From Planctomycetota bacterium (GTDB taxonomy: Bacteria > Planctomycetota > PLA2 > JAEUHO01), in NCBI GenBank assembly GCA_965223505.1, contig CBDCWP010000038.1, positions 1-64,000 on the forward strand: DNA of 64,000 nt. Direction: 5' to 3'. Both the position numbers and the translations under genes were made by a program. Under the pieces are notes generated by a model. The model was given only the letters and a program-made list of their open reading frames with translations, did no database searches and was not told the DNA's origin. Positions 63,626 through 64,000 of this stretch are shown piece by piece (positions within the stretch are counted from its first letter, which is position 1; each line of letters begins with the position of its first letter).

Positions 63626-64000
63626 CTCTCCGGGAATCGAATCAGGTTCCACGTTCGCTCGTACGCGGCCCAGTGGGGCCATCCCATCGCGTGGTACAGG
63701 TCGGCGCGTGCCGCGAAGTCCTTCTCGTCGGGCTCGTCCGCATCGTCGATCAGCCGCTCGAGCACCTTCAGCGCCGCGCCGAACCGGCCGTGCCCCCGCT
63801 CGTACGCGATCTGAACACGCGCGTTCTCCTCGTCGCTCATGTCGGCCCAGCGCTTGAGCTCCGTGTACGCCGCCTCGAACTCGTTCGCACGCTTCGGCCG
63901 ACCCGCCAGCGCGCGCACCTTCGTTCGCAACGCATCGATGAGCGCCGCCTTTCGCGGCGCCATCTCGTCGTCGCGCTTCTTGTCCTGCTTGTCGTCGGGG
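63610..64000 (-). CDS. 3' end of a gene open at the window edge, resembling the tripeptidyl-peptidase II C terminus
   Basis: Frame open to the edge. Ends MGWPHWAAYERTWNLIRFPESYPRF. Confidence 0.6.
   Translation of the reverse strand, partial: PDDKQDKKRDDEMAPRKAALIDALRTKVRALAGRPKRANEFEAAYTELKRWADMSDEENARVQIAYERGHGRFGAALKVLERLIDDADEPDEKDFAARADLYHAMGWPHWAAYERTWNLIRFPESYPRF

Overview
High-GC bacterial window whose gene content suggests Planctomycetota/PVC (inference). 1-25.3 kb is a MoxR/DUF58/vWA (Bat-like) cluster with PQQ-type beta-propeller, prenyltransferase/squalene-oxidase-repeat, ECF sigma/FecR and coiled-coil genes. It is followed by a larE-like gene, a large Gly-rich surface protein, a TPR protein, a stand-alone fusA, two HEAT-repeat paralogues, a tricorn-like protease, rho, tig-clpP-clpX-rlmN-gatCAB, a small accessory block (TIR protein, lipoproteins), two more HEAT paralogues, orn and the 3' end of a TPP II-like gene. 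Most notable: three exported or membrane proteins appear to have in-frame UGA codons followed by bacterial SECIS-like hairpins, i.e. candidate selenoproteins that the ORF track truncates. These are (i) a U-x-x-C protein at 23232-23984 whose tandem paralogue shows the reading frame continues past UGA, (ii) a 71-aa lipoprotein ending S-U-GGGKG-U-G-stop, and (iii) a TIR-TM protein ending A-U-G-stop with a GGUC-loop hairpin. No sel genes are in the window, so recoding is inferred, not shown. A ~100-nt hairpin repeat family starts right after stop codons and forms a 164-bp tandem array that duplicates the 3' end of rho five times. GTAG-type REP doublets are also present. Indels clustered at ~0.9-2.1 kb look like consensus errors.
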